This document shows, one piece after another, positions 39,958-48,596 of a stretch of 64,000 bases of DNA. Within the stretch, counting starts at the first letter, position 1. Each line of letters starts with the position of its first letter. Source of the DNA: an uncultured Actinomycetes bacterium (GTDB lineage: Bacteria > Actinomycetota > UBA4738 > HRBIN12); assembly GCA_963719165.1 (NCBI GenBank), contig CAVRAV010000001.1:1637215-1701214 (forward strand), in the 5' to 3' direction. The position numbers and the translations under genes are program-made. Under the pieces are notes generated by a model. The model was not told where the DNA came from and did not search any database. It saw nothing but the letters and a program-made list of their open reading frames with translations.

Positions 39958-40278
39958 TCAGCACGCACGCCGAAGGCAGAACCCTCGGTAGGGCCGGCCC
40001 TGGATGCACGCATGGAACCGCCGCGAGCATCCGCCGCACCGGTACAGGTTCCCGCCGCACGCGCACCCCGTCTTGCTTATGGGTTCGCACCCCACCTTGC
40101 AGGGGTCGGGATGGGGTCGTGCGCGGGCCCGCGTGGCGCCGAGGGTGCTCACGGCCGCGTAGGCCCCGAAGGCCGCGAGCGAGGCACGCGAGACGAACGA
40201 CCGCCGCGTGAGCTCGCGTGTCCGCTCGCGCGGCGATCCGGACCGCTCGACGACCGGTGGCCCCGCTTGCTCAGCCAC
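39958..40278 (-). CDS. Small Cys-rich exported protein with a twin-arginine signal (TRRSFVSRASLAAFGAYAA)
   Basis: 9 Cys in a ~52-aa mature region; start overlaps the stop of the upstream TlpA-like gene. Confidence 0.55.
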   Translation of the reverse strand: MAEQAGPPVVERSGSPRERTRELTRRSFVSRASLAAFGAYAAVSTLGATRARARPHPDPCKVGCEPISKTGCACGGNLYRCGGCSRRFHACIQGRPYRGFCLRRAC

Positions 40279-40844
40279 CGGCGGCTCCCACGATCCGCAC
40301 GCCGTCGCCCTCGGCCACGAGATCCGCGACCTCGTCCACGGTCTGGACTGGGCCGCGGGAGACCACGGCGCCGCCCTCGTCGATCACGAACACGGTGGGC
40401 GTGATGTCCACGCCGAAGGCGTCGGAGACGTCGGTGCCGTGCTCGCTCACCAGCCGAACACGCTCGGCCGCGTGCCACCCGGAGGGATGGGCCTGGAGAT
40501 CGCCCCGGCTCACCACGACCACCGTGGGGAGCCGCCGCGCCGCTGCTTCGGACACGACGCCGGGCACGAGCGTTGCGCACGCGGCACATGCGGGGTCCGC
40601 GAAGAGCACGAGGTGCCGCAGGCCTGCCGTCTGGCGCGCATCGAACACGCTCGCCGTCGGCGGCGTCGGCGCGGAATCCGGGAGCTCGGCTGCCCGGCGC
40701 GATGCCCCCGGAGAGATGACGCACCGCGGCCTCGTCCGCGGCCCGGAGCTCGCCGATGGTCCGTGCGGCTCCCGAAAGCGCCAGCAAGAGCCACGCCACC
40801 GCCGCCGCGAGCACCCCGACCAGGACCCATGGCAGCCAGCTCAC
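40271..40844 (-). CDS. Membrane-anchored TlpA-like thiol:disulfide oxidoreductase, apparent frameshift near 40650
   Basis: GTG at 40844 (GTGA overlap with upstream stop); TM anchor then APGFRADAADGERV in one frame and FDARQTAGLRHLVLFADPACAAC (CxxC) in the frame of track ORF 40271..40648. Confidence 0.6.
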
Positions 40845-41302
40845 GTTCGCACCCTCTCCACGCGCAGCGACGCGAGGGCGTCGTTCGCGATCCGCAGACG
40901 GGCCGCGGTGTGCAGGTCCAACGACGCGATGAGGTAGAGGCTGAACGGACGGCCGCTCATGGAGAAGAACCGCTGCACGCCGGCCCGGTCCGGCGCAGGC
41001 ACCTGGAGCGTCCGCGGATCGAGATCGTTCGCGCGGATGCGCGGGGCCCCCTGTGGCGCGTAGAGGCCCACGTCGGCGAGGTCGGGCGAGAAGCTCACCA
41101 ACGAGCACACCAAGCCGCCACGCCGCCCGCGCAGGGTCGCCGCCGTCTCCAGGTAGGAGCCGTGGTCGAAGGGCAACGGCACGTCGGCGAGGTGAAGCAC
41201 GGGGTGGTTCTCCGCGGGAGGGGGCAGGCGCGGGGTGAAGATCCGCCCCTCCCAGCCGGGGGGAACGTCCACCGAGAGCCCCCGGTCGGCCAGCCTCGTC
41301 AT
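40841..41302 (-). CDS. Hypothetical protein (153 aa) inside the thioredoxin/Cys-rich operon
   Basis: ATG at 41302 overlaps the upstream stop (ATGA); coding-like composition (MTRLADRGLSVDVPPGWEGRIF...). Confidence 0.5.
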   Translation of the reverse strand: MTRLADRGLSVDVPPGWEGRIFTPRLPPPAENHPVLHLADVPLPFDHGSYLETAATLRGRRGGLVCSLVSFSPDLADVGLYAPQGAPRIRANDLDPRTLQVPAPDRAGVQRFFSMSGRPFSLYLIASLDLHTAARLRIANDALASLRVERVRT

Positions 41303-41898
41303 CGCAGCACCACCGCGGCGGCGGCCACAGCCAGTGCCGACTCGCCCCACAGGATCGCCCGACGGACCGGGCCGCCCCAGCGCGAGAGCCCTCCTTGGAC
41401 ACGGCCGAGTTGCGACCGCTCCCGCACGCCCGCCACCGCGAGGATGGGCAACGCGCGCAGGGTGCCGAACACCAACCCGATGAGCGCGGCCCGCGGGACC
41501 CCGCCCACGAGCAGCTCGGAGAACAAGGCGGCGTAGATCGCCGACGCGGTGACGATCGTCACGAACCCCGCCCCCAGTTGGAACCCGAACCCGGCGCCGA
41601 ACACGGGCCCTCGGTAGCGCAGCATCCACTCCTCGTTCACCTGACGACGCACCGAAGGCAGCCGCAGGCCGCCGATCCCCAGGTCGGCCGCGAGCCCCAG
41701 GAACACCGCCGCCACCAGGAGCGCGATCCGCGCGGTCCACGGAAGCGTGCGCGCGAGTGGCAGGCCCACGAACCCCAAAACGGCGCCCACGAGCGCGCCG
41801 GCGGACGCGGAGGCGACGACGTAGGCAGTGGCCGTCGGCCAGAACCGGGATCCGCGTGCCCGCTGCCCGAGCGGGGTGATGCTTCCCATCATCGACAT
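41299..41898 (-). CDS. Integral membrane protein (4-5 TM helices), hypothetical
   Basis: Hydrophobic segments; ATGA coupling to the downstream gene. Confidence 0.55.
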   Translation of the reverse strand: MSMMGSITPLGQRARGSRFWPTATAYVVASASAGALVGAVLGFVGLPLARTLPWTARIALLVAAVFLGLAADLGIGGLRLPSVRRQVNEEWMLRYRGPVFGAGFGFQLGAGFVTIVTASAIYAALFSELLVGGVPRAALIGLVFGTLRALPILAVAGVRERSQLGRVQGGLSRWGGPVRRAILWGESALAVAAAAVVLR

Positions 41899-41981
41899 CC
41901 CTCAGGGCGACCAGGTCGACCGGACGGCGGCGGCGGCGGCCAGGCCCAGGGCGAGGCCGAGGTACACGCCTGATCCGCCGC

Positions 41982-42662
41982 TCAACGCGGTCCCCCGCCG
42001 TCGGACGAGCCTTCCGCGCGAGCCAGCTCCTCATCGGCCATCGCGTCGGTGAGCAGCGACCGGACCTGGTCCCACGAGCTCGCGGCGCCCTCCCCGCGGA
42101 CCTCGCCGTCGGCGCCCACCATCACGAAGAACGGCGACATCGTGATGCCGTAGTCGGCCCAGGCCTCGGTGGACATCACGACCGGAACGTCCGCCGGCGC
42201 GAGATCCTGCAGGCGGGACGGGCTCTCGAGGTCACGTCCCTTGGTCACCACGACCACGCGGGCGCCCTCGGGCATGGGTCGATGCGCGCCCGCGCGCAGC
42301 CCCTCCCAGAAGGCGCGGCAGGTCAGGCAGCCGCTCGACAGGAAGGCCACGAGCACGGGAACCCCCGCCGAACCGACGGGCGTCACCACGGCGTCACCAC
42401 CCAGCGTGCGGCCGGACAGGTCGTAGGCCGGGGTGAGGTCCCGAGGGCCCGGCAGGTGCGTGGGGATGCGCGGCGCCTCCGGTGCAGGGGCCGCCTCGTC
42501 CGAACGGTTCCCGAGGGGGAGCGGCTGCGGGCTGGGTGCCTCGTCGGGAGTCGGCAGGCGCCGGAGGATCTCCGCGTGGCTGCGCAGGAGCCCCACCACC
42601 ACGAACGCGAGCAGTGCGAGCAGGAGCGTCTCGATGACCACGATGACGGTGAGGGCGGTCAC
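41982..42662 (-). CDS. Membrane-anchored thioredoxin-like (TlpA/ResA-like) protein with a CxxC motif (SSGCLTCRAF)
   Basis: GTG at 42662 overlapping the stop of the Cys-rich gene (GTGA); TM helix then thioredoxin fold. Confidence 0.65.
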   Translation of the reverse strand: MTALTVIVVIETLLLALLAFVVVGLLRSHAEILRRLPTPDEAPSPQPLPLGNRSDEAAPAPEAPRIPTHLPGPRDLTPAYDLSGRTLGGDAVVTPVGSAGVPVLVAFLSSGCLTCRAFWEGLRAGAHRPMPEGARVVVVTKGRDLESPSRLQDLAPADVPVVMSTEAWADYGITMSPFFVMVGADGEVRGEGAASSWDQVRSLLTDAMADEELARAEGSSDGGGPR

Positions 42663-43246
42663 AGGCAGCCCGCCTCGTGCGAACAGGTCACCTGGTCGAC
42701 GGCGGCCGAACAGTGGCAGTTCACGCATTCGATCTCGCAGGGCAGCACGCACGTGACGAGCCGGCATTGGATCGGCGTGACCGCGGCGATCTGGGTGTTG
42801 CACTGGCCGTAGCGGAAGACCACGCAGCACGTCTTGAAGTTCCTGCAGTCGTCGCTGCCACAGTGGCAGCCGCCGGGGCACGCCTTCCCGGGATCGATGC
42901 TGCAATCGAGGTAATAGCGGACGTTCGTGGTGCCGCACAGGCCGCTGCCCCCGTAGCTGCATTGCCACCACCCGCCGACGAACGTGTTCTGGGGGCAGCC
43001 GAAGTTGGAGCCGCCGGGAAGCGTGCAGCAGAAGGCGGTGTAGCCAGCGCAGCACCGGGAACCCGGCGGACAGCGGCTGCAGGATGCGCGCACGAGGTCC
43101 TCCGCCGCCACTGGGCGCGTCGCATACCGCACGGGCGCCACCGCCAGGGCGGCAGCCGCGACCGTCGCGCGCTCCGCACGTGAGCGCTCGGGCCCGCGCG
43201 CCACCCACGAGGTGGCAGCCTTCATCGCCCGCTCCGCCACGCTCAC
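42659..43246 (-). CDS. Cysteine-rich exported protein (25 Cys in 195 aa; CC doublets, CxxC, CHC motifs)
   Basis: Cys codons cannot arise from GC-frame artefacts; N-terminal Ala-rich signal-like region; start and stop both overlap neighbours (ATGA at 43243-43246, GTGA at 42659-42662). Confidence 0.65.
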   Translation of the reverse strand: MSVAERAMKAATSWVARGPERSRAERATVAAAALAVAPVRYATRPVAAEDLVRASCSRCPPGSRCCAGYTAFCCTLPGGSNFGCPQNTFVGGWWQCSYGGSGLCGTTNVRYYLDCSIDPGKACPGGCHCGSDDCRNFKTCCVVFRYGQCNTQIAAVTPIQCRLVTCVLPCEIECVNCHCSAAVDQVTCSHEAGCL

Positions 43247-43902
43247 GGGCCCCCGGCCTCCGGTCGATCGCCTCGATCGCCTCGATCGCCTCGATCATTC
43301 GGGCTCGCCCCGTCGGTATCGGGCCACAAGCTCGCATGCCCCTGGCCCACGCCCGACATCGCCAACGCCGCGTCGGCGCGCCGATGTCGGTCCGGATCGA
43401 AGAGCTCCTGCTCGTGATGGGTGGGCGGCGTCCACGCACGGAACGCCGTCGGGGCCTCAGCCACCACGACCGTGACGAGCCATCCCGCCACACAGAGTCC
43501 GACGGCCGCGGGCGCCGCGACCCACCCGACGGCCCTCACGATCGACGGCAACGCGGTGACGCCGATCAGCGCGGCCGCCACGCCCGAGGCGGCGGCGGTC
43601 AGGTTCAAGCCGACATGCACCCAGCTTGGGGGGACGTCGTGTTCGCCGGCGCACCCGCATGAGGCCGCTTGCGGCCGCGCCAGCTTCAGGTAGGCCACGA
43701 ACGCGGCGAACCCGGTGTACAGCGCCGCGAGGAGGAAGGCCACGCCGGGAACCGGACGCGCCAGGGCGGCGACGCCCACCGCCATCTCGACGACACCGAG
43801 CGCCCGAACCCCCCAAAGGCGGGCCGGAAGGCCTGCAGCGTAGAGCGCTTGGGAGGTGGCGTTCGGGCGCACCGTCTTCACGGCACCGCCGATGACGAGC
43901 AA
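43243..43902 (-). CDS. DoxX/MauE-like integral membrane protein with an SCGCAG motif and a C-terminal DRG repeat
   Basis: 4 TM helices; CGC motif between TM2 and TM3 as in MauE-type proteins; tail DRGDRGDRGDR encoded by a 9-bp tandem repeat. Confidence 0.55.
   Translation of the reverse strand: MLVIGGAVKTVRPNATSQALYAAGLPARLWGVRALGVVEMAVGVAALARPVPGVAFLLAALYTGFAAFVAYLKLARPQAASCGCAGEHDVPPSWVHVGLNLTAAASGVAAALIGVTALPSIVRAVGWVAAPAAVGLCVAGWLVTVVVAEAPTAFRAWTPPTHHEQELFDPDRHRRADAALAMSGVGQGHASLWPDTDGASPNDRGDRGDRGDRPEAGGP
43256..43292. repeat. 9-bp tandem repeat (gatcgcctc x ~4) inside a CDS
   Basis: Read directly: cgatcgcctcgatcgcctcgatcgcctcgatc. Confidence 0.6.
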
Positions 43903-43989
43903 GGCTGCCGCGAGGAGGAAGACGGGGGCGAGGCGGATGGGCTCGATGCCGCCGGAGCGTAGGGGAGCCCCGACCCATCGTCAATCGGG

Positions 43990-44370
43990 CTAGGCGGTGG
44001 TTGCCTCCGGCTCCAGGAGCACGTGCACGGCGTCCGCGACGTCCTGCGGATCGAAGGGTTTGGTCATGACCATGTCGGCGCCGCTCGACAGGCAGCGCTC
44101 CCGCTCTCGCGACATGGTGACCGCCGTGAGCACGAGGATCGGCACCCGTTTCGTGTCCGCGTCTTCGCGCAGGACGGCGAGGACGTCGTAGCCGTTCACG
44201 GAGGGCATCATCAGGTCGAGCACGATGACGTCGGGATGCTCGGCGCGCGCAACCTCGATGCCCGCACGCCCGCCGTCCGCGATCAGGATCTGGTGGTCCT
44301 GCCCGTGAAAGGCGTAGCGCAGGATCGTCCCCACCACGGTCTCATCATCGATCACCAGCACTCGCGACAT
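43990..44370 (-). CDS. Single-domain response regulator (CheY-like receiver)
   Basis: ATG at 44370 with GGAGGTGA RBS; MSRVLVIDDE...DLMMP...KPF receiver motifs. Confidence 0.8.
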   Translation of the reverse strand: MSRVLVIDDETVVGTILRYAFHGQDHQILIADGGRAGIEVARAEHPDVIVLDLMMPSVNGYDVLAVLREDADTKRVPILVLTAVTMSRERERCLSSGADMVMTKPFDPQDVADAVHVLLEPEATTA

Positions 44371-44446
44371 CACGTCACCTCCCAGCAACTGCCTTCTGAC
44401 ATCGGCGCGACCGGGCCACACCTGAAGGCCCTTCTGCACGGGCCCT

Positions 44447-44836
44447 TCAGCGCAGGTCGAGGCCTTGGATCCCCTCGAAACCCGACCGGTCGAACGAGAT
44501 GAGCGACCTGTCTCGCGCGATGGCGGTGGCCGCGATCAACAGATCGTGCGCGCCTCGAGGACGTCCGGGCCGCCGCGCCTGCTCGAGCAGCCCCGCATGC
44601 ACTTCGGCCACGGCCAGGTCGTAATCCTCGACCGGGATCGTCGTCACGACCTGTTCGACGAACGTAGCGCGCTTGGGGCGGCGGCGTGCATCCGCCAATC
44701 TCACACCGACCCAAAGTTCGGCCGCCGTCACGGCGGCGATGCTGACATCGTCGTCATCGCGGATGAGATCGTCCAGCTCAGAGAGCCGGCGCTCGACCGC
44801 GACCAGGACGGAGGTGTCCAGGATCACGCGTCCCAC
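44447..44836 (-). CDS. vapC: Type II toxin VapC (PIN domain)
   Basis: VILDTSVLVA..., acidic PIN residues. Confidence 0.8.
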   Translation of the reverse strand: MGRVILDTSVLVAVERRLSELDDLIRDDDDVSIAAVTAAELWVGVRLADARRRPKRATFVEQVVTTIPVEDYDLAVAEVHAGLLEQARRPGRPRGAHDLLIAATAIARDRSLISFDRSGFEGIQGLDLR

Positions 44837-44996
44837 GGCGACCCCGCCACGGGGAGGTCGGCCCTGAGCGCCCTGACCTCATCAGCCCAGGCCGGATCGC
44901 TCGGCGCTCCGGTGAGAAGGCCCTTCACGGCCGCTCCCGTGGCGCCGGTTGCCGGCTGCTTGAGCGATGTCGGGCCGACGAGGTACCGTGAGCCCA
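44823..44996 (-). CDS. vapB: Putative VapB-like antitoxin (57 aa)
   Basis: ORF absent from the track (<60 aa); stop overlaps the vapC GTG (GTGA); ATG shares a CCATGG palindrome with the divergent fmdB-like start; coordinates +/-1. Confidence 0.35.
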
Positions 44997-45223
44997 TGGC
45001 CACCTACGAGTACGTCTGTCTGGCGTGTGAGCATCCGTTCGAAGAGCGCCGCTCCATGAGCGCCGTGGACACGGCCCTGGCATGCCCACAGTGTGGAAGC
45101 GATCGCGTGCGTCGACGGTTCTCGTTGTTCGCCGCAGCTTCGGGCACGACCTCCGACGCGGCGGCAGGCGGTGCCGCCAACTCGGGGGGCTGCTGCGGGG
45201 GCGGGTGCGCCTGCGGCGGATGA
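44996..45223 (+). CDS. FmdB-family zinc-ribbon protein
   Basis: MATYEYVCLACEHPFEERRSMS...CPQCGSDRVRR and a Gly/Cys tail; the family pattern is recognisable. Confidence 0.7.
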   Translation: MATYEYVCLACEHPFEERRSMSAVDTALACPQCGSDRVRRRFSLFAAASGTTSDAAAGGAANSGGCCGGGCACGG

Positions 45224-45296
45224 CGTCGGTCGGCCGTGCAGCCCCACCGGGCCGGCGCCGCACGCGGGGAGGCGGCCGGATCGAGGAAGGAGCAGC

Positions 45297-45752
45297 ATGG
45301 TGAACGCGATCCCCGAGGGGTACCACACCGTCACGCCCTACCTGACCGTGCGAGGCGCGGCGGGCCTGATCGATTTCGTCAAGATGGCGCTCGGCGCTGA
45401 GGAGCGACTCCGCATGCCCGGACCCGACGGCACCGTCGGTCACGCGGAGGTGATGATCGGCGACTCGGTCGTGATGCTGGCAGACGCCGCCGAAGAGCCC
45501 AGGCCCTCCACGCTGCATCTCTACGTGGAGGATGCCGACGCCACGTACGAACGCGCGCTGGCCGCGGGCGCCACCTCCGAGCGCGAGCCGCGGGACGAGT
45601 TCTATGGGGACCGGATGGCGGGGGTGCGCGACGCGTACGGCAACATCTGGTGGTTCGCCACCCACCGCGAAGACATCTCCGACGAGGAGATGGTGGCCCG
45701 CGCGGAGGAGCGCGCCACGAGCTCCCCCGAGGGAGGCACCCCGCCGAGCTAG
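45297..45752 (+). CDS. VOC/glyoxalase-family protein (PhnB-like)
   Basis: ATG after ggaaggag; YLTVRGAAGLIDFVKMALGAEE is a glyoxalase-like domain. Confidence 0.8.
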   Translation: MVNAIPEGYHTVTPYLTVRGAAGLIDFVKMALGAEERLRMPGPDGTVGHAEVMIGDSVVMLADAAEEPRPSTLHLYVEDADATYERALAAGATSEREPRDEFYGDRMAGVRDAYGNIWWFATHREDISDEEMVARAEERATSSPEGGTPPS

Positions 45753-46429
45753 CGGACGACCTTGATGTTCACCATGGGCGAGTCGAGCGCGCTGAACATC
45801 CTCACCCACATGATGACGTAGGCCTCCAACGCCCGAGCGTTGGTGATATCGCCCAGATCTACGATGTCGCGCCAGCCGAAGGCTCTGAGGAAATCCGCGA
45901 CCTGCGTCTTCGCGTCCTCGTCGTCGCCGCACAGCACGAACGTGTGGTCGCCGTCGGCGAGCGCCTCGGGATGGGTCATGAGCGCCGCCGTCATCATGTT
46001 CCACGCCTTGACGACCCGCGCCGACGGGAACGCACGCTGGATCTGCTCCCCCAGAGAATCGGTGTTCGTCACCCACAGGGAGGGAGGGAATCCGCCGGAG
46101 AAGTCGAGCGGATTCGCGGCGTCGATGATGATGCGAGCATCGATGGTCCCGGCGCCGGCCGCCGTGAGGGCGTCAACGGAGGCGGAGCCGAGGGTCGCGT
46201 TCACGAGGAGCTCGGCACCTTTTCCGACCTCCGCGAACGCCGCGACCGCGATGTCCTCGTGCTCGCCGCGCCACGATGCGAAGGGCTGGGTCCCCATCTG
46301 ATCGGGCTCGTCGCGCGCCATCAATGAATCGACATCGCGCGTGCCGATGCTGACGTCGTTCCCGATGCGCGCGAGTCCCTCAGCAAGCGACCTGCCCACG
46401 ATCCCTGTTCCCAGCACGCCGATCCGCAT
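45749..46429 (-). CDS. NADP oxidoreductase, coenzyme-F420-dependent family (F420_oxidored Rossmann)
   Basis: ATG at 46429 after gggaaagggg; MRIGVLGTGIVGRSLAEGLA is a dinucleotide-binding N-terminus. Confidence 0.75.
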   Translation of the reverse strand: MRIGVLGTGIVGRSLAEGLARIGNDVSIGTRDVDSLMARDEPDQMGTQPFASWRGEHEDIAVAAFAEVGKGAELLVNATLGSASVDALTAAGAGTIDARIIIDAANPLDFSGGFPPSLWVTNTDSLGEQIQRAFPSARVVKAWNMMTAALMTHPEALADGDHTFVLCGDDEDAKTQVADFLRAFGWRDIVDLGDITNARALEAYVIMWVRMFSALDSPMVNIKVVR

Positions 46430-46548
46430 GCGCCGCCCCTTTCCCGAGTGCCGTTCGGTCTGCCCAGCCACCGTACGTCGTTCTTCCGCCTCGTGCCCGG
46501 GGACCACGCATCGGTGGGGTATCGCGACGCCGAGATCCCGCGAGCTGA

Positions 46549-48528
46549 TCAGCGAACGATCCAGCCATCCACGGCGACGCCCGCACCCCGGCTCACCGCA
46601 CGATGGGTGCCCAGGACCACGACGCGAAGGACGTGCACACGGTCCGCCAGGCCGTCGATCGTGCGCAACGCTCTGAACACGCGGGTGGCCGCGTACAGGT
46701 CGACGGTCTTCGCGAGCTTGCCGTCGATCCAGAGTTGCGCGAGTCCCATCGAGGGGCCGCGCGACGTGATCCACGTGGCCCCGGTGCCGTGGAACCGCAG
46801 CGTGGCCGCCGCGCCCGCCACGTCGTTCAACACGTAGCCCCCGTTCGTCGCCTCCGCCGCCGCCACCCGAGCCCACGTCCCTTCGATGGGCTTGGGGTTC
46901 GCGCGCACGACGCCGTTCGCGCGGACGGCATCCACAGCGACGAGCGTTCCCCGTGCTCGGGGCGCCTTGGTGCCGAGCACCCGCACGGTCAATTTGTGCG
47001 CGCCCGATCCCAAGCCGGTGAAGCGATGCCGGACCCCTGCGCGGAAGGACCGAGCGTAGCCGTCGATCGTCCCCTCGGGCGTGCCGTCGATGGACACGCC
47101 GGCCTCGCCCATCGTGGGGCCCGACACGGAGAATAGGGTCAGAGCGCCGCCCCGGAACGCGAACGTCTGGAACGCGCCCCGCCGCCGGTCGACGAGGTAG
47201 GAACCCCCGAGGGCCCGGCGGTCGGCCTTGCGTCCCCAGGCGTAGCGGGTCCCCGCTCCGTCCTCGTCCAGGGTGACGGCCGCATCGAAGCGCGCACTCA
47301 CGCTGACCGGGGAGGTGACGGACACCGTGCAGGTCGCCGACGCCCCGCCGCAATCGCCCCCCCACGACCCGAAGCCGGATGCGGAGTCGGGCGACGCGGT
47401 GAGCGTCACGGTCGTTCCGTAGGGCAGCCTCGCGGAGCAATCGGCGCCGCAATGGATACCGGCCGGCGACGAGGTGACGGTGCCGCCGCCGGTCCCCGTC
47501 ACGCTCACGTCCACCGGGTAGCCGAACACCGCGGTCGCGGCCACGCGACCGCGCACGACCACCGTGCACGTGGGCGCGCTCCCCGCCGATGCGCACGCGC
47601 CGGTCCATCGCAGGAGCGACGCCCCCGCCGTGGGGGTCGCCGTCAGGGTCACGGGGTCGCCCGGGTTCGTGAGTCGCGTGCATCCCGATCCATCTGGCCG
47701 GCAATCGATGCCGCCGCCGGCCACCCGACCGCCCCCTTCGTCATGCACGGTGAGGCGCGCGATCTGGCCGTTACGCAGGTCCGTCCCGTGGAAGTGGTCC
47801 CGGTCGACGTTGGTGGTGATGCCGTGCACCCGCCCCGAGCTCGTCCACTGCCAGAAGGTCCACCCTCTCCCGCCCCAGTTCGCGGCGGGGATGTCCGGCT
47901 TGTTCACCTTCCAGTGCGCGATCCACAGCGGATATCCGTGATCGGCGAACCAGTGCGAGTCGCCCAGATTCGTCCGCCAGAAGTACGGGCTCGCGTAGAT
48001 CATGGGCCGTACGCCCGTCCGCGCCTTCACCCGCATCACCCACGCCCGCACCCAATCCTGAAGCTGCGGCACGCTGAGCCCTCCCGTGTGCTCGATGTCG
48101 AGCACCGGCAGGATGTCGCCGACCCCGTTGCGTGCGGTCGCCACGAAATGATCCGCCTCCGCCACGGGATCCACCGCCGTCGCCTTCGGAGTGGCGACGT
48201 GGTACGAGCCCACGGACAATCCCCTGACGGTTGCGCCGCCGAGGTTCGTGGCGTAGGTCGGATCCTCGTACTTGGATCCCTCGGTGGCCTTCATGATGAC
48301 GAACTCGGCACCGGCGGCGCCCACCTTCTGCCAGTCGATGACGTTCTGCCAACGGGAGACGTCGATCCCGGGGGCGCGATCGGCCACCGCCGCCATCGCG
48401 GGGCGGACGGCGGGCACCACGGCCAAGACCGCGGCGAGGACGACCACGGCGAGCAGGCGCTTGGCGAACGAGCTGGGGAAGGCGATGGCGACCACCCTAC
48501 CGGAGGACCCCACCATCCAACGGAACAT
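46549..48528 (-). CDS. GH25 lysozyme (muramidase) with C-terminal Gly/Thr-rich beta-rich domains
   Basis: Signal/TM then DVSRWQNVIDWQKVGAAGAEFVIMKATEG is a GH25 catalytic-domain signature. Confidence 0.8.
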   Translation of the reverse strand: MFRWMVGSSGRVVAIAFPSSFAKRLLAVVVLAAVLAVVPAVRPAMAAVADRAPGIDVSRWQNVIDWQKVGAAGAEFVIMKATEGSKYEDPTYATNLGGATVRGLSVGSYHVATPKATAVDPVAEADHFVATARNGVGDILPVLDIEHTGGLSVPQLQDWVRAWVMRVKARTGVRPMIYASPYFWRTNLGDSHWFADHGYPLWIAHWKVNKPDIPAANWGGRGWTFWQWTSSGRVHGITTNVDRDHFHGTDLRNGQIARLTVHDEGGGRVAGGGIDCRPDGSGCTRLTNPGDPVTLTATPTAGASLLRWTGACASAGSAPTCTVVVRGRVAATAVFGYPVDVSVTGTGGGTVTSSPAGIHCGADCSARLPYGTTVTLTASPDSASGFGSWGGDCGGASATCTVSVTSPVSVSARFDAAVTLDEDGAGTRYAWGRKADRRALGGSYLVDRRRGAFQTFAFRGGALTLFSVSGPTMGEAGVSIDGTPEGTIDGYARSFRAGVRHRFTGLGSGAHKLTVRVLGTKAPRARGTLVAVDAVRANGVVRANPKPIEGTWARVAAAEATNGGYVLNDVAGAAATLRFHGTGATWITSRGPSMGLAQLWIDGKLAKTVDLYAATRVFRALRTIDGLADRVHVLRVVVLGTHRAVSRGAGVAVDGWIVR

Positions 48529-48596
48529 CGGTGCGTCTCCGCCGCGCAGGTCGTTCGCCGCGTGTCGAACTCCACGATCTGGGTAATGCAACGCAG

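Noticed and set aside
37620-40211. 863-aa plus-strand ORF
   Set aside because: Antisense to the Na/Ca exchanger and out of frame with the BNR sialidase-like gene; junk composition.
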